Below are positions 61,226 through 64,000 of a stretch of DNA of 64,000 nt, piece by piece. Origin of the DNA: Camelus ferus (lineage: Eukaryota); contig NC_045696.1 in NCBI RefSeq assembly GCF_009834535.1, forward strand, positions 6,572,001 through 6,636,000. Reading direction: 5' to 3'. How positions within the stretch are numbered: the stretch's first letter is position 1; every line of letters starts with the position of its first letter. Under the pieces are notes generated by a model that was not told where the DNA came from, did no database searches, and was given only the letters and a program-made list of their open reading frames with translations. The position numbers and the translations under genes were made by a program.

Positions 61226-61889
61226 CTGGAAGAGGTTTGATCAATGCCCAAGAAATCCTACAGACTCCTTTGCCCAGCGGTGCTGGGGAGCATCAGTTTT
61301 TCCCCTCTGAGAAACGGCTTTCCTAGCTGGACCATATTTTGCGCTCTGCCCTAGTCAGGTATATTTGCTTTACCTCTCCCTGGCTTTCACTTGCTGTGGA
61401 TTCCAGAAGCCCATTGCAACTCATGTTTCCCAGGACTTAGTTACCTTCAAATGCAATAAAAGGCTAATTCTGCTAAGAAAAACCATATGGTTTCTTAGAT
61501 ATCTCTGGACCATTACACTGTGTCCATTTACGAGCCACATTTAAAAGGCTAAGAAAACGTATGGCTTCAGATTGAAAGGTGTGACATAAACTTGATTGTT
61601 TCTAAAAGTCTGAAACGTTTCACATAGAAGAAAAAGGACTGAAAGTAAAGGGGGCTAAGTCTTTTTTTAAGTGTGCGTCCACAATAGTTGGTGAGTTACC
61701 TGGGAGGAATCTAAGAAAACTCTTCAAACAACATGAAAGGGTCACCACCTTCCCCAGAAGAAATAGTCAGCACCTTTCTGCATCAACCATGTCCAAACCT
61801 TGCTCCACAAAAATAATTAGTTAAATGATATTCATTGCAGGGCAACAGACCCAGCCTTCAAAATTCAACTCCTTCTTTCCCATGTAATT

Positions 61890-61906
61890 GGTGCCCCCTA
61901 GTGGCT
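61890..61906 (-). promoter_or_regulatory. Strong CTCF motif (reverse)
   Basis: Plus strand ggtgccccctagtggct, which reads aGCCACTAGGGGGCACc on the minus strand and matches the CTCF core. Confidence 0.6.
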
Positions 61907-62064
61907 GAAAGGACCATCCCTCATCCAGGAGGTGGATGGGCTCAGAAACGGATCTGATCAACTCTGTGCCTTGAATTCAGGAATTCGTGCTGTGCCCTCA
62001 TTTGCGTGTGAGATCACCAGGGACTGAGGCCCGAGACTGGGAGTGGAGGGAACTTCACCGATTT

Positions 62065-62230
62065 GCCATACGATGTGCTAAGCATTTCCCCTGGATTTCT
62101 CATTAAATCCTAAAAAAACGACAAGAGGTACTATTAGTACCCTGTTCTACCACTGGGCAGTGGAAGTGTGAAGTCATTGGTCTAAAGTCACTACACTGGT
62201 AACTGGCAAAGCCAGGATTCGAAGCAAGCC
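62065..62230 (-). mobile_element. MIR SINE
   Basis: gtgctaagcatttcccctggatttctcattaaatcct...gaggtactattagtaccctgttctacc...ggcaaagccaggattcgaagc. Confidence 0.7.
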
Positions 62231-64000
62231 TGCCCTAACCCCGTCGCTCATACCTTTTCCCAGTGCTCAGTAAAACAACCAGAAAGGGATGGAATGGGAT
62301 GGAGCCCACTGCTCTCAGGGCATCACAGGGAGAGGGGCAGGCTGCACTTCCTGGGCTTCTGCAGGTGCCTCTTTGCCTAATCAGCCTGGGATGCAGGGTG
62401 TTCCCCTTTTGCCAAACGTTCCCAATGCTTTTTCCATCCTCTTCCTGAAAAGAGCTGCAGGCTGCACTAGAGTGCACGGCCGGGAATCCCCGGGACTCAG
62501 TTTCCCTCTGGATGCGTCATCTGCAGCACCGTGTCTTCAGCAGCTGCTGCCTTGACAATCAGGGTGGTTTCTCCTTCCTTCTAGGGAAAAAAATCCACCC
62601 TCAGATAGATGTTCCTTTTTTCTCTCTTCCCACGTTGCTGGTCACATACATTGGGTTGTTACCTAGTTCCTTACAAGAACCCCTGTGATGGTCTACGTCT
62701 ATGTGGACATTGATTTTCACACTGAAACATGCACCGAGTCTGCCTGTGGGTGGTGGAGGTCACATGCTGTTGGACTTGAATCGTGGGCTTATAATTAGGG
62801 TCCATTGAGAGTCAGATGGGGTGCTTCATTCAGCCCATCCTGATGAAGGGTGAGGACCGAGATGTCTCATTCACTATAGTGTAGAAACTGGAGAATGTGT
62901 AGCCAGAGAGGCTTAAACCGTGTGAGCTAAGTCCAAATGCTAAGATGGCCCGTGTAAAACCCCGGGGGTCCCTGTAGAGTCATCATAAATCTACTTTCAT
63001 GAGTGAATTTCTTCTCAAAGGGAAAATGCTAGACACTGAGCCACAGTCACTATCTCCTGCTGAGGCAGGCATATTTGAGGCTGAGGACACCTGGGTACTT
63101 GCTGAGCTAAGCCCTGCCTTGGAGAATGACAAGGAGAACCGGCTGAGTCTATCTCCTCCAGGATGGGTGGAGGCCGTATGGACTGAGAGCATGTAGGCAC
63201 GATCTGCCTGAGAGATACTGGGAGCAATCACAGGACACAGGGGGCTCAGGGAGCGACAGAGAAATCATACACCCGGGGGGGGGGGGCGGGTCTTGCTCCT
63301 TTCAGCAGCTCAAGGCAGAACGCTGCAGTGGGTGAACTGTCCAGAAGGATGACGGCATCTCAACACAGACCCACCTGCTTGAAAAGCCGTGTCTTGGCTT
63401 CAAAGGCGGCCAGAGCCAAGCAAAGGTTTAATTCTTAGGAGGTTACGAGAGGTGTTGTCTCCTGCGCACTTCAGAGCAAGGAAAACCTGAGCATGAAAGA
63501 TCTGTCTTTCATTCAAATACATTTGCTGGGGGCCCAGAGGCTGTCGGGCTTTGAGAGGAGGCAAAGCTCATCTCAGACTCGAGTGAGGCTGTGCGATGCA
63601 ATGTCTCCTCAAGCTGGAGGAGACCTTGCTGACTGACCGAACTAAATTCCAGACATGTGACTAAACCACCGACAGAACCAGTATTAAGACAAGACAAGCT
63701 CCCAGCAACAACCAGGAGTGGATGGAAGAGAGAACCAAAACTCAAAACGCTGTGTTTTCTACATCACTGAACAGGGAATAAAATTGCAGCATTAAAACAT
63801 TCCTAGAAGTGAGTGAGCAGCAGTGTGAGCTCACTGGAAATAAACGCCCGGCATGCAGAAGGTCCTCAGGTTCAGTGAGACACCAGCAGAGCACAGGAAC
63901 AGAGACGCCACCACAATCTAACCTGTGCTCATTACAGGTGACCGGCCTTTCCTTTAAGTTAACAGAATCACCCTTGCAGAGCTCTGTGCCCTGAGGATTT

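Noticed and set aside
1-64000. CRISPR arrays, rRNA, snRNA, NUMTs, intact L1 or ERV ORFs
   Set aside because: None seen. There are no regularly spaced repeats, and all L1 sequence is truncated or full of stops.

Overview
This is mammalian, repeat-rich genomic DNA, most likely camelid. That call rests on three tRNA-Ala-derived SINEs of the camelid (vic-1-like) type and on artiodactyl-type L1 3' ends. The window comes from a gapped scaffold with N runs at 24486-24617 and 31694-31875. I found no multi-exon protein-coding gene. The one recognisable coding sequence is an intronless, GC-rich, strongly diverged cTAGE5/MIA2-like retrogene. Its ORF runs 38029-39330 (433 aa) and is cut by a CGA>TGA change, with a degenerate tail to about 39536. 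A ~450-bp partial copy lies 4.1 kb upstream (35031-35479). It is ~97% identical and still has the CGA codon, while the two 3' flanks share only patchy older homology, which suggests duplication followed by gene conversion. Other points: a sharply localised AT>GC substitution cluster near 44.0-44.15 kb (probable GC-biased gene conversion), a 57-bp locally templated insert at an L1 5' junction, two perfect short tandem duplications, a solo ERV1-type LTR with a 4-bp TSD, a three-layer nested transposon, and two strong convergent CTCF motifs. Repeat family names and protein alignments come from recalled consensus sequences, and repeat boundaries are approximate. I see no evidence of a wholly new biological system. 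The retrogene pair is the best lead.
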